From contig CAVULX010000004.1 of the NCBI GenBank assembly GCA_963742415.1, positions 576,001-640,000 on the forward strand: 64,000 nucleotides of DNA, in the 5' to 3' direction. Shown here piece after piece: positions 8,562 through 18,603 of the stretch. The notes under the pieces are model-generated. The model was not told the DNA's origin and searched no databases. It saw nothing but the letters and a program-made list of their open reading frames with translations. The stretch is from an uncultured Parachlamydiaceae bacterium (lineage in GTDB: Bacteria > Chlamydiota > Chlamydiia > Chlamydiales > Parachlamydiaceae). Made by a program: the position numbers and the translations under genes. The first letter of the stretch is position 1. Each line of letters starts with the position of its first letter.

Positions 8562-9842
8562 ATGTTGAACAACATTTTTCGTCTATCACTCCTTAGTATT
8601 TTGTGCTGCCAGGGCCTCTTTGCCGATAACATGGAACCAGACAAGCGGCCTGGAAATCAGCCACCTCAGCCACAATTCCAAGTTCAAACGCAACCTCCTC
8701 CATCATTTCAACAAAGTAATGTGAAATTAAATGCTTGGGGCTGCACCCCCGATTGTAAGTGCGGTTGCAACGAAGGGAAACCTTGTACGTGTAATAACAG
8801 ACGTCCTGAGGCCTATTCAGATTATTCTTACGATGGCTATTCAAACAGCTACGATGCTTATGATAATAATGACGATGGGTATGGTGATTATTCGGAGAAT
8901 GTTTGGCATTCCCCTGAAGGTGGATATCGGGGATGCCGCTATGTCGTCCCGGATAGCTATTATTCCGAACATCTTCACTGCAATTGCGCCCCTCCTCCCT
9001 ACTTTCATGTCCCCCCTTTTGATCGGATTGTCGCGGAAGAGTGTGGCTTATGCGGTTTATGGCTGCCGGAAGAAGCTGTTATTTTCCGACCGCTCATTGC
9101 GGATCCTCGCCAAATTACATATTCTGTCGGATGGCGATTCGATGACCAGGTTCTTGTGAGAAATGTGATCGATGTCAGCTTTGGGGATTATCTCCCCATT
9201 TATCGATGGTTTAAGGTTTGGCCTTGGTGCGGCGACCTCCAAATCGACTTAGAGGGCGCTCTTTGGGCCACCTTTGACCCGCTGCACAATTCTTCCCCTT
9301 TGATCAATGCCGACTATTATGGAGGCCTTTCTGTAAGTTACGGTTTTGACTTGTGGGAGTTTCGTTTTCGCGCCTACCATATTTCTTGCCATATTGGGGA
9401 CGAGTTTCTTCTTAACCATCCAGGCTTTGACCGGCGGAATGCAAGCTCTGAATTTGTCGATTTCTATATATCCTGGGACTGGACGCCTGAGATCCGCCTC
9501 TATTCAGGCATTGGGTACACAGTGCGTGAAGATGAAGAATTTCACACGGGAAGATTATTTGGAGCTATTGGCACAGAAGTGAGGATGAATTGTCTTGGAT
9601 TCACAGACTGGTGCAATCAACTCTATGGAGAGCCTTTCTTGGGGATGCATTTTAGATACAATAAAAACTTTAAACACCATATCGATGCGACCTATGTTTT
9701 GGGCTATGAATGGGGGAAGCTGTGCGGACTTTGCCGCAAGCTGCGCATATTCCTTGAATATCACGATGGGTATTCGCTTGAAGGGCAGTTTCAAAAACTT
9801 GCGACCAATTATTTCAGCATTCGAGCCTCCTACGGTTTTTGA
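8562..9842 (+). CDS. DUF1207 family exported/outer-membrane protein
   Basis: Signal peptide; FRPLIADPRQ, INADY, YHISCHIGDEFLL motifs; C-terminal YGF. Confidence 0.8.
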   Translation: MLNNIFRLSLLSILCCQGLFADNMEPDKRPGNQPPQPQFQVQTQPPPSFQQSNVKLNAWGCTPDCKCGCNEGKPCTCNNRRPEAYSDYSYDGYSNSYDAYDNNDDGYGDYSENVWHSPEGGYRGCRYVVPDSYYSEHLHCNCAPPPYFHVPPFDRIVAEECGLCGLWLPEEAVIFRPLIADPRQITYSVGWRFDDQVLVRNVIDVSFGDYLPIYRWFKVWPWCGDLQIDLEGALWATFDPLHNSSPLINADYYGGLSVSYGFDLWEFRFRAYHISCHIGDEFLLNHPGFDRRNASSEFVDFYISWDWTPEIRLYSGIGYTVREDEEFHTGRLFGAIGTEVRMNCLGFTDWCNQLYGEPFLGMHFRYNKNFKHHIDATYVLGYEWGKLCGLCRKLRIFLEYHDGYSLEGQFQKLATNYFSIRASYGF

Positions 9843-9912
9843 TTTATGTTGAAGGGATAAGGGCACAGGGATTATTCTCTGTGCTTATTTCTAATCATGG
9901 CAATGTAGTTTA

Positions 9913-10791
9913 ATGATGACACCGCCGCAAAAAGAACTTCAGGAAAAAGATTTTATCAATAACGGATGGCCAAAAGGGTCGTCTCCGTTATGGATTTGGC
10001 TCTGCGTTATTGCTGCCTTAGCAGCTTTGTTTTGGGGTGGTGGGGCCTGGGTCTCTTCACTGTGGTCAAAGAAGATCGCTGCAAGCCCTTTTCTTCAGGT
10101 TACAAATCGGCAATTTTCTGTTTTTCTATGGCAATTTCCAGAACATATGAGGGTAAATGCTTCGAGTAAGAGCGGTTATTTGCCCGGTTTTCAATACCAA
10201 GACAAAATCAGTGCATTTCCTTCTGAAGCTGACCAATATGCCGTGGCGCCTCCGGAAATTATTTTTCTCTATCATACTTGGAAACGTCAAATTGGGGATC
10301 AATATATAGCGGGGGAGATCCCCAAAGGAGAATTTCTTCAATTCCTTGAATATGATGAGGAATGGCTTCCTAAATACTGGCCTCAGGCTCCAAAAAGATA
10401 TATTGAACTCATTGAAGAGCTTCCTAAGAATGGGGAGCTGGGTGACTTGAATATATTGCCGGAATCCACTTTGCCGAGAGAAGTCAAGCAAGCCTTTCAA
10501 GGTTGGAAGAATTATTTTAAAGAAGGGGTCGCCATTAATCAATATAGACCTACTTACCAAGATGTGCAGCTATTTGTAAAAAAATATCCCAACTATACAC
10601 GCAATTTTTGGCGCAATATTGTGGAGAAAACAACCCCTCAATATCTCTCTCTCCTCAGCACAGGTGATTTTCAAATAGGTGATGAAGTGCCCTTAGAAGA
10701 ATTGGCCCCTTTTCTTAGAGTAGCCTTATATAACTTTATGAAAGGGCGGTCCAAAAATCATGCAGGGACGGAAACAAAACCATCTTCATAA
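9913..10791 (+). CDS. Hypothetical membrane-anchored protein
   Basis: 292-aa ORF, single N-terminal TM, QVTNRQFSVFLWQFPE block. Confidence 0.75.
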   Translation: MMTPPQKELQEKDFINNGWPKGSSPLWIWLCVIAALAALFWGGGAWVSSLWSKKIAASPFLQVTNRQFSVFLWQFPEHMRVNASSKSGYLPGFQYQDKISAFPSEADQYAVAPPEIIFLYHTWKRQIGDQYIAGEIPKGEFLQFLEYDEEWLPKYWPQAPKRYIELIEELPKNGELGDLNILPESTLPREVKQAFQGWKNYFKEGVAINQYRPTYQDVQLFVKKYPNYTRNFWRNIVEKTTPQYLSLLSTGDFQIGDEVPLEELAPFLRVALYNFMKGRSKNHAGTETKPSS

Positions 10792-12875
10792 ACAGGACCA
10801 TTTTTGCCAATCGGCAAAGCGCCTTTGAAAAATTCAGAATACACCTTTAATCCTTGTTCAGCGCTTTGGACGCAAAAAAAGCAATTGCTGATCCATTCAG
10901 AGCCTTGGATTGTGCCTGTTTCCAAATTGCACCGGAAACGGGTGGAAATTTTTTTATGCCAATAGTCGACTTCTCCAAAAAGGAGAATAGGATAAGCTGG
11001 ACCCGCCCCAACCTTTCTACGAACCTCCTCAAGGCTAAATTCAAAATCAGTGCCGATTCCCCCCGTTAAAAAGATAGGAAAGTCTAAATTGAATTCCGCT
11101 TGCCGTTCGACAAGTTTATCCAATCGGTAGGTCATTTTGGCTTGGACATACGGGTTTTGCTTTTGCTCGTTCACGACCGATGTGTCTTTCTGTCTGAAAT
11201 CAATGATATTTGCGCAAGATAAAATATTGAGCTCTTTGGCGACACGATTGCCGACCTCCATAGCGCCTGGCCCTCCCCCGGTAACTAAAGCCAGGGGGGT
11301 ATCACCATGCAACAGGGGATGGTTCATCGAACTTCGCATCGAGAGAACCCCTTGCATTAAGGTGCGAAGCTCCTTTTCAAAGCGCCCTTCAAAAAGGTTG
11401 GAACCATAGATTCCGAAGACTGTAGACTTCATGTAGGTATCCACCTGCTTTAAGGGAACAAACATCCCTGCGTCCCTGTCGGGCTTTTGACAATATTGCA
11501 TCACGGTTCCACTGATCTGATCCACCCAAAAGACAGGGATTGCAAATTTCTCCAAATCGTGCAGCAAAGCACGATCCTCGGAAGAAAAAAAGCTTTGATG
11601 CGATTGGGAAGGATATTGGAAATAAATCCCTTTCATTCCCCTTTGAACTTGATCGCTTAAAAGCATCCGTTTCATAAGAGGGGAGGGGAAATAGCGTGTC
11701 AAGAGGATCCCTTGGCTCGAGATATAGCCATCATCAATATTTTTTAGAAAAGGGTAAGAGGGTTGATGCTCAATAAACCGCTCCACCATAAGAGCTTGCC
11801 GGGTTCCATGTGCCATCCCCGGGAATTCATGAAAGCGGGTTTCACGTATGACCCAATCTTCTGGTTTTAAATCGAGCAGTTGGGTTCCCTTAACTATAAA
11901 CACCGCCGTACCATTCTCTTCAGGTTTGGGCGCTGTAGCAAAAGCATTGAAAAGTACACTGTTGTCTTCGAGGCAAGTTTGCAGTTGATCGCGGTCGGAA
12001 AAAAAGACGTGTTCCCGATAGGGCTCTAATGTGTAAAACTCTAAGGGAATATCGGTTAATTCTCTTTTGCTCTTCCCATACAACTCATAGATGTCACCCG
12101 ATGCAGAGGTGTCAGGCTGCAGGATGCAGGCCGTAGTATGATGGTAGCCTTGTGAAAGGAGGTTGTTAACAACATGTCCAAAGACGGTTCTGATATGCAA
12201 TGGCAATGTACGGACAAGGAGAAGCTCATCTTCATCAATATTTCGAGGGAGATTTGGTTTCCATTCTTGGTGCAGGCGGAGAAGATCCCTCACACGTGAA
12301 TTGCTGACAAGGGCCTTAGCAAGCGTGGGAAGGAAGCCATGGATCGATTTGTCATAGACAACCCGTCCACTTTGCAATGTGAGGTAAGCGATCGTTCGGC
12401 CTTCAACTTTGTCGAGGATCAAATCGTTGCTTCCATGAAGCCCTCCAAGGGAAAGCAAAGGCTTTCCCCAACGGTCAGACCTGCCAAACATGCGGGATAA
12501 GTATTCCGGATCCCGAACGCGCCGCCGTTCATCGGCTGCAAATAATCGGCCAATGTAGGCGCCTACGGTAAGATAGTTTAAAAGTTCAATGGCTAAGGGA
12601 GAGATAGCCCTTAGATCGACTTTGACTTGTGCACATCTATTTTTTTGATCCAATTCATAGTTGAGGCCTATTCCATCCAGGCCTATTTGGGCAATAGTAC
12701 TTTTAATGTTAAAAAATACATCTTCAAGAGGGATTTGAAAACCTACAAATTTGGAGGGGATATTTTCAATGAAAATTGTAGCTTCGGCCGTTTTTTCAGA
12801 CGTTTTGATCAGGTTGGTGATGGTTCCGTCAGGAGTCACGAGATCATAATTTTTTAAATCTAAAAAAGTTTCCAT
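10758..12875 (-). CDS. Conserved chlamydial protein with C-terminal LOG (lysine decarboxylase-like) domain
   Basis: VTGGGPGAME, GGIGTDFE LOG motifs; placed next to MYG1 and HIT genes as in chlamydiae. Confidence 0.8.
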   Translation of the reverse strand: METFLDLKNYDLVTPDGTITNLIKTSEKTAEATIFIENIPSKFVGFQIPLEDVFFNIKSTIAQIGLDGIGLNYELDQKNRCAQVKVDLRAISPLAIELLNYLTVGAYIGRLFAADERRRVRDPEYLSRMFGRSDRWGKPLLSLGGLHGSNDLILDKVEGRTIAYLTLQSGRVVYDKSIHGFLPTLAKALVSNSRVRDLLRLHQEWKPNLPRNIDEDELLLVRTLPLHIRTVFGHVVNNLLSQGYHHTTACILQPDTSASGDIYELYGKSKRELTDIPLEFYTLEPYREHVFFSDRDQLQTCLEDNSVLFNAFATAPKPEENGTAVFIVKGTQLLDLKPEDWVIRETRFHEFPGMAHGTRQALMVERFIEHQPSYPFLKNIDDGYISSQGILLTRYFPSPLMKRMLLSDQVQRGMKGIYFQYPSQSHQSFFSSEDRALLHDLEKFAIPVFWVDQISGTVMQYCQKPDRDAGMFVPLKQVDTYMKSTVFGIYGSNLFEGRFEKELRTLMQGVLSMRSSMNHPLLHGDTPLALVTGGGPGAMEVGNRVAKELNILSCANIIDFRQKDTSVVNEQKQNPYVQAKMTYRLDKLVERQAEFNLDFPIFLTGGIGTDFEFSLEEVRRKVGAGPAYPILLFGEVDYWHKKISTRFRCNLETGTIQGSEWISNCFFCVQSAEQGLKVYSEFFKGALPIGKNGPVYEDGFVSVPA

Positions 12876-13368
12876 TACCTATCCAGTAGTGTGTCGTATG
12901 TTCATTTTACATCAGGCTTTTATTTTTATGGATGCAAACTTTCATCGAGCAAGTGTACGTTAAATGTACGCTAGTATTCATAACTCCTTGACCTTATAAA
13001 GGATATTTCTGTGGATCTTTTGTTTATTAGTTGGGGATAAAATTATTTTTTTATAAGATGATGTTTAACAATGAGAAATAAAGAAAGTTCCAAGAGTTGT
13101 TTTTTATTTAAGTTTAAGTAATTGAATACAAACCATTTAAAAAAACGTCCACCCGAAGGATATAAATAAAAAAATATAAACTAAATTTTAAAATAAAGAA
13201 ATTAAACAGCGCTTTGTTTTGTTCATAACTGGTCAATACAGAAGCAAATAATAGGGGGTGACATTCCAAATTTTGCAAAATTGATGTTTAATCCTTTTGC
13301 GAAAATTTTTCATCTGCCATAATCGTTCATTTCCTACTTTTTTACGCCTATCTGGTATAAGGCAGCTT

Positions 13369-14262
13369 ATGGAAGCTATAAAAAAAATATCTCGCAGTGC
13401 CGGCACTCATCATGGCACTTTCCATGCCGACGAAGTAACCGCGTGTGGATTGTTGTTGCTTTTCAATCTTGTGGACCGGGATAAAATCATCCGCACAAGG
13501 GATCCCGCGATTCTGAGCACATGTGAATATGTTTGTGATGTGGGTGGGATATTCGATCCCTCCAAAAAACTCTTTGATCATCACCAACATGAATATGAAG
13601 ACAATTTGAGCAGCGCAGGCATGGTGTTGTTATTTCTTAAACAAACAGACATCCTCACTCAGCATGCTTATGATTTTTTCAATAATTCTCTTATCATAGG
13701 CGTTGATGCCCATGACAATGGACGCGATCCCCAAATTCCCGGTTTATGCACGTACTCTCATGTGATTTCCAACTTTACCCCTATCCAGCATGACGCCGAT
13801 GCAAAAACACAGGATGCCGCTTTTTTCGAAGCTTTGGATTTTGTTACCAATCATTTACGGCGCCTTTGGCAACGGTATCAATATATCCAATCATGCCGTC
13901 AAATTGTTGCAAATGCGATGGCAAAAGACACTTTTTGTTTAATGTTCACTCAAGCCATCCCCTGGATGGATATTTTCTTTGAATTGGATGGGGTTCACCA
14001 TCCTGCAAAATTTGTCATCATGCCATCCGGCAACCATTGGAAGTTGCGCGGCATCCCTCCCACCATCTCGGACAAAATGAAAGTACGCTTTCCGTTGCCG
14101 CAAGAGTGGGCCGGTTTGTTGGATGAGGAACTCAAAAAAGTTTCGGGAATTCCTGGCGCTATATTTTGCCACAAAGGGCGTTTTATTTCTGTTTGGGAAA
14201 CCCGAGAGGATGCAATTAAAGCCCTAGAGTATACAATGAAACTAGTCAAGGAGAGGCAATGA
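13369..14262 (+). CDS. MYG1 family (UPF0160) metal-dependent hydrolase/exonuclease
   Basis: GTHHGTFHADE, DVGG, FDHHQ, SSAG, DAHDNG, FCHKGRF. Confidence 0.92.
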   Translation: MEAIKKISRSAGTHHGTFHADEVTACGLLLLFNLVDRDKIIRTRDPAILSTCEYVCDVGGIFDPSKKLFDHHQHEYEDNLSSAGMVLLFLKQTDILTQHAYDFFNNSLIIGVDAHDNGRDPQIPGLCTYSHVISNFTPIQHDADAKTQDAAFFEALDFVTNHLRRLWQRYQYIQSCRQIVANAMAKDTFCLMFTQAIPWMDIFFELDGVHHPAKFVIMPSGNHWKLRGIPPTISDKMKVRFPLPQEWAGLLDEELKKVSGIPGAIFCHKGRFISVWETREDAIKALEYTMKLVKERQ

Positions 14263-14594
14263 CCATTTTTTCAAAAATTATCAAGCGAGAATTGCCTGCT
14301 GAGGTTGTTTATGAAGATGACCAAGTCATTGCGATTAAAGATATAAATCCAAAAGCTCCTGTTCATCTCCTCATCATTAGCAAAAAGGAGATTCCCGATT
14401 TGCAATCTGTCTCGGCTGGCGATCTCCCTCTCGTCACTAAAATGATCACGGTAGCTCAAAAATTAGCGAGCCAGTTCAACATACAAAATGGATACCGTCT
14501 GTTGACGAATAATGGAGCCAAAGGGGGGCAAAAAATTTTTCACTTGCACTTCCATCTCCTTGGCGGTTGGAAGCAAGATTTGGATGACTTATGA
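14259..14594 (+). CDS. Histidine triad nucleotide-binding protein (HINT)
   Basis: TIFSKII, DINPKAPVH, HLHFHLLGG. Confidence 0.95.
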   Translation: MTIFSKIIKRELPAEVVYEDDQVIAIKDINPKAPVHLLIISKKEIPDLQSVSAGDLPLVTKMITVAQKLASQFNIQNGYRLLTNNGAKGGQKIFHLHFHLLGGWKQDLDDL

Positions 14595-15145
14595 TCATTA
14601 ACCTTTCCCGTTTTTCCACAGCCCTTCTCATTGTTGATGTACAGGAAAAGTTATTTCCGTTGGTCGAACGGTATGTAGAGGTTAGAGGGGAAATGGAAAA
14701 AGTCATTCGGGGATTCCAAATTTTACAAATTCCAATTTACGTTTCAGAGCAATATCCCCGCGGACTTGGGGAAACAATTCCTGATATTAAAAATCTACTG
14801 GGACCTGCTCAATTTTACCTTTCAAAAACAACCTTTTCCTGCATGGGCGACAAAACAATTGAGGATATTTTGCTCTCTACAGGAATTTCTCAGTGGGTTT
14901 TAATAGGAATAGAAGCCCATGTGTGCATCCTGCAAACGGCAAAAGGATTGCTTGAAGCCGGCAAAGAGGTGGTGGTGCTTAACGATGCAATCTCTTCCAG
15001 ATCGATCTACGATTACTCCACTGCCATCGCGGAAATGCGCGATATGGGGATCCGTATCACCAGCTCTGAGACTGCCCTTTTTGAATTAATGCATGATGCT
15101 AAGGCTCCCGAATTTAAAGCCATTAGCGAATTAATCAAATCATGA
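14591..15145 (+). CDS. Isochorismatase family hydrolase
   Basis: DVQEKL, EQYPRGLG, K-TFSC, GIEAHVC. Confidence 0.92.
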   Translation: MIINLSRFSTALLIVDVQEKLFPLVERYVEVRGEMEKVIRGFQILQIPIYVSEQYPRGLGETIPDIKNLLGPAQFYLSKTTFSCMGDKTIEDILLSTGISQWVLIGIEAHVCILQTAKGLLEAGKEVVVLNDAISSRSIYDYSTAIAEMRDMGIRITSSETALFELMHDAKAPEFKAISELIKS

Positions 15146-16893
15146 ATTTGCAAACCTTTTTCCCTTTTTTCTTTCCCCTGTTTTTAACTCTAATGTTTAT
15201 AAATTTGCCTATCTTTGGTGATGAGACCGAAGAAAATTGCGCGCGGGTGTATGCGCATTTGCAGTTGAAAGACTATCAAGCGGCCTGCGAAGAAGCCCGC
15301 GAAGCTTATACCCGGTTTCCCCATTCAAGAAATGTCTTGGAAGCCTATATCAAGGCGTTGGCAGTCTGTGGAAATGAATATGAGTTGCGGATAGTTTGGA
15401 ACCGATATATTTCATCCCATCCCCAAGCTTATGAAAATCGGGATCTCCTAGAAGCAATGGCATGGGGGATTATTGAATCAGGTTCCGTCTCGACTTCCCC
15501 CTTAATACGCGTTTTAGCCCTTTTGGGGGCCTACTTCGGGGAAGATGCGAAAGGAATTAACATTTTATGCCGCGATATGCGCGATCCAAATTCTTTAATC
15601 CGTGCCGCAGCGCTCAAGCTAGCTGGAAGTCTTCGAGATGCTAAAATTCAAGATGAAGTCAAGCGAATGCTCCAACAGGAAAAAAATTGGAATGTAAGAA
15701 TCGCCGCCATCAAAACAGCCGGCGAGATGAAAATCAAGGAAACAAAAGCGTTGCTGATGGCTATGGTGACTCAAGAAACAACCGGAACAGAAGAAAAGGT
15801 GGCGGCCATCCAAGCTTTAGTTTCCTTGGCTGACAATGTTGAACGGGATGAAATTAGGCATCTTGCAAGCGGCGGAAGAGCTAGCCTCCGCATGCTAGCC
15901 TGCGAACTCGTCGACTTTTTAACTCTAAACGATGATGTTGATCTCCTTTTCCATTTAGTCGATGATCACAATGCAGAAGTTCGAGCGCGTGTGTTGTATA
16001 CTTTAGGCCACCTTCGAGTTTCGTCGATTCATGGGCATCCTGTTGCTTCAACGTTTAAAAAAGCGCTTCGAGATAGGGATTCCAAAGTGGCGATCATTGC
16101 AGCTTGGGCCTTGACCCTTCAAGATTCTCAAGAAGGAAAAAATGCTTTCAAACCATGGCTTCAGCATGAGTCTAATGAAATAAAGCTCTTCGCGGCTGCG
16201 GCCTTGAGCAGTACCGGCGCATATGGTGTGCCTCTGATGCAAGAGGTTTTTCATAAGAGCAACGACCTTTATGTAAGAATCAATTTAGCTCTCGGCTTGA
16301 TTGGGCAACGTATGGACGTCGTGGAGGCATGTGAAGTCTTGAGCAAAGGGCTTCAAAACTCTAATGAAAGGTGGATGTGGGATGAGGATGAAATATTTAA
16401 AATCTTAGCTCCAAGCAAAATCAAATATGATGAATTAATTCCCAATTATCCCGAAACCATCAATCAATTAGTTCGCTTGGATATACTCAACATTTTAGCT
16501 GTCATGCGCTATCCAGGCGCACAAAATAGCATTAGGACCTTTTTGAAGGAAAAGAATTGGGGTATCACCGGTGTTGCCGCTGCGTTGCTTTTGACTGAAG
16601 GGGACGAGAATGCTTTAGACTTAGTTGAACCCCTTTTAAATGACTTAGATCTCAAAATACGTGTCCAAGCGGCTCTCATCTTGGCGATTTGGGGAGGAGG
16701 AGAGAAAGCGGTAGGGGTCTTGCAAGACGCCTATAGCCAAGTCGATCGGGAAACTAAAGAAAAAATATTGGAGGGGCTGGGAAGAATAGGCCTCCCTTCA
16801 ACGATCCCTTTCCTTACAGACAAGTTACAAGAGCCCTATCAATCTTTACGGATTATTGCTTCAGCTTCGTTATTACAATGCTTATATCATTAG
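15142..16893 (+). CDS. HEAT-repeat protein
   Basis: Repeated D---VR--A--AL units; N-terminal signal-like segment. Confidence 0.85.
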   Translation: MNLQTFFPFFFPLFLTLMFINLPIFGDETEENCARVYAHLQLKDYQAACEEAREAYTRFPHSRNVLEAYIKALAVCGNEYELRIVWNRYISSHPQAYENRDLLEAMAWGIIESGSVSTSPLIRVLALLGAYFGEDAKGINILCRDMRDPNSLIRAAALKLAGSLRDAKIQDEVKRMLQQEKNWNVRIAAIKTAGEMKIKETKALLMAMVTQETTGTEEKVAAIQALVSLADNVERDEIRHLASGGRASLRMLACELVDFLTLNDDVDLLFHLVDDHNAEVRARVLYTLGHLRVSSIHGHPVASTFKKALRDRDSKVAIIAAWALTLQDSQEGKNAFKPWLQHESNEIKLFAAAALSSTGAYGVPLMQEVFHKSNDLYVRINLALGLIGQRMDVVEACEVLSKGLQNSNERWMWDEDEIFKILAPSKIKYDELIPNYPETINQLVRLDILNILAVMRYPGAQNSIRTFLKEKNWGITGVAAALLLTEGDENALDLVEPLLNDLDLKIRVQAALILAIWGGGEKAVGVLQDAYSQVDRETKEKILEGLGRIGLPSTIPFLTDKLQEPYQSLRIIASASLLQCLYH

Positions 16894-16920
16894 ACACACA
16901 CTCATAAAAGGATAGTAATT

Positions 16921-18603
16921 ATGAATCGACAAACCGGATTATCTCTATTTATCTTCGCTCTAATATTAGTTTTTTGGGAATATTATAGCCGTTTAAACAC
17001 GCAGCTATTCTTTGTGCTTCCAGCCCCTTCACGCATCCTGCTATGCATGTGGGAATGTTCCGACCGTTTGCTGTTACATTCAAAAGAGACATTTAAGGAA
17101 ATGGCCGGTGGTGGTATATTAGCTTTGGCCGTGGCCTTCCCATTAGCATGGGGAATGTATCTTTGGAATGCGCTGAGATCTCTATTGCAACCCCTCTTTA
17201 TCATTATCCAATGCATCCCCATGTTTGCCCTTGCACCCATCATGGTGTTTTGGTTTGGCTGGTCCTATTTTGCCATCGCCATTCCAACAGCCCTTATGAT
17301 CTTCTTTCCATTAACCATGAACATCTATCAAGGATTGCGTTCCACGCCTCGCAATCTATTAGATTATTTCTATGTCAATCATGCCACTTCATGGCAGATT
17401 TTTAGCAAACTCCAATTGCCTTGGTCTTTCCCCCATATCACAGCAGGTCTGCGCATTGCTTCTGCCATTGCAGGGATTGGAGCTGTAGCAGGTGAGTGGG
17501 CAGGAGCTCAAAAAGGGCTAGGGGTTCTCATGCTAGAAAGCCGTCGCTCGACAGATTTGGAATTGACTTTTGCCGCTTTAGCTTGCCTATTTTTAATTAG
17601 CACAGCCTTTTATTCTATCTCCATCGGCCTCGAAAAACTTTTCCGGCGGAGATCGAAAATACATTTTTTTAAGTTATCATTTGGGATGGGCGCCAAGATG
17701 GTGCCGCTCCTTCTCTTATTGGGATGTCAGACCAGCTCAAAGCTTCCCGAAACCAAACCTGTTCACCTTATCTTGGATTGGCTTCCCAACCCCAATCACA
17801 TCCCATTATATGCAGGCATCGAACGAGGCATCTTTAAAAAATATGGGATCGATTTACAAATCGCTAAAATCAACGATCCGGGTGATACGGTCTCCTTCTT
17901 AACTTCAAAAAAAGTGGATTTAGCTTTGTATTACATGCCCGAAACTTGTTTGGCTATTTCACAAGGGGCCCCTATTCAGCCCATTGGATTTCTCATTAAA
18001 GAACCTTTAAATGCCTTCATTTACAGGAAAGAGGAGGGGATTGCAACCCCGAGAGACCTGGCAAAAAAGCGTTTAGGTTATTCTGTAGGAGGCTTTGGGT
18101 TAAATTTCTTAAATCATATCTTATCTCTTAATCACATTGAACCCAGCGAAAAATTCAATGTAAGTTTCGACTTGGTCAGCACTCTGGGATGCAAACGGGT
18201 CGATGCTATTTATGGAGCCTATTGGAATATCGAAACCGAACATCTGCGCAGTTTAGGTATAGAAACAGACCATTTCACATTAGCGCAAATGGGCCATCCG
18301 ACCTACTACGAGCTTATCGTAGTAGCGCATGGGGGCACCGAGTTTACGAGCCAACCTTTTATTGAAAATTTTAAGCTGGCTTTGCAAGAAAGTATTAACT
18401 TTTCCCGTGAAAATCCAGATATTGCCTTCGGCTTATATGTCAAAGCTAACCCAGATAAGCGTGCCAGAACATTCGCTTGGGAAAAAGAAGCTTGGAAGAA
18501 AACTGTGCCTCTTTTAGCTTTAAATCAAGAGAATGATCCGTCAGTTTGGGATCGTTTTTATCAATGGATTAAATCGAGCAGTGAGCATGGGAAACAGCAT
18601 TAA
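16921..18603 (+). CDS. ABC permease fused to NMT1/THI5-like substrate-binding domain (thiamine-precursor type)
   Basis: SsuC-like permease (GAVAGEW) followed by LDWLPNPNH-PLY binding domain. Confidence 0.85.
   Translation: MNRQTGLSLFIFALILVFWEYYSRLNTQLFFVLPAPSRILLCMWECSDRLLLHSKETFKEMAGGGILALAVAFPLAWGMYLWNALRSLLQPLFIIIQCIPMFALAPIMVFWFGWSYFAIAIPTALMIFFPLTMNIYQGLRSTPRNLLDYFYVNHATSWQIFSKLQLPWSFPHITAGLRIASAIAGIGAVAGEWAGAQKGLGVLMLESRRSTDLELTFAALACLFLISTAFYSISIGLEKLFRRRSKIHFFKLSFGMGAKMVPLLLLLGCQTSSKLPETKPVHLILDWLPNPNHIPLYAGIERGIFKKYGIDLQIAKINDPGDTVSFLTSKKVDLALYYMPETCLAISQGAPIQPIGFLIKEPLNAFIYRKEEGIATPRDLAKKRLGYSVGGFGLNFLNHILSLNHIEPSEKFNVSFDLVSTLGCKRVDAIYGAYWNIETEHLRSLGIETDHFTLAQMGHPTYYELIVVAHGGTEFTSQPFIENFKLALQESINFSRENPDIAFGLYVKANPDKRARTFAWEKEAWKKTVPLLALNQENDPSVWDRFYQWIKSSSEHGKQH

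Noticed and set aside
12880..13360. AT-rich intergenic region as oriC
   Set aside because: Only mismatched DnaA-box-like 9-mers (e.g. TTATCCCCA); adequately explained as a divergent promoter region; GC-skew analysis would be needed
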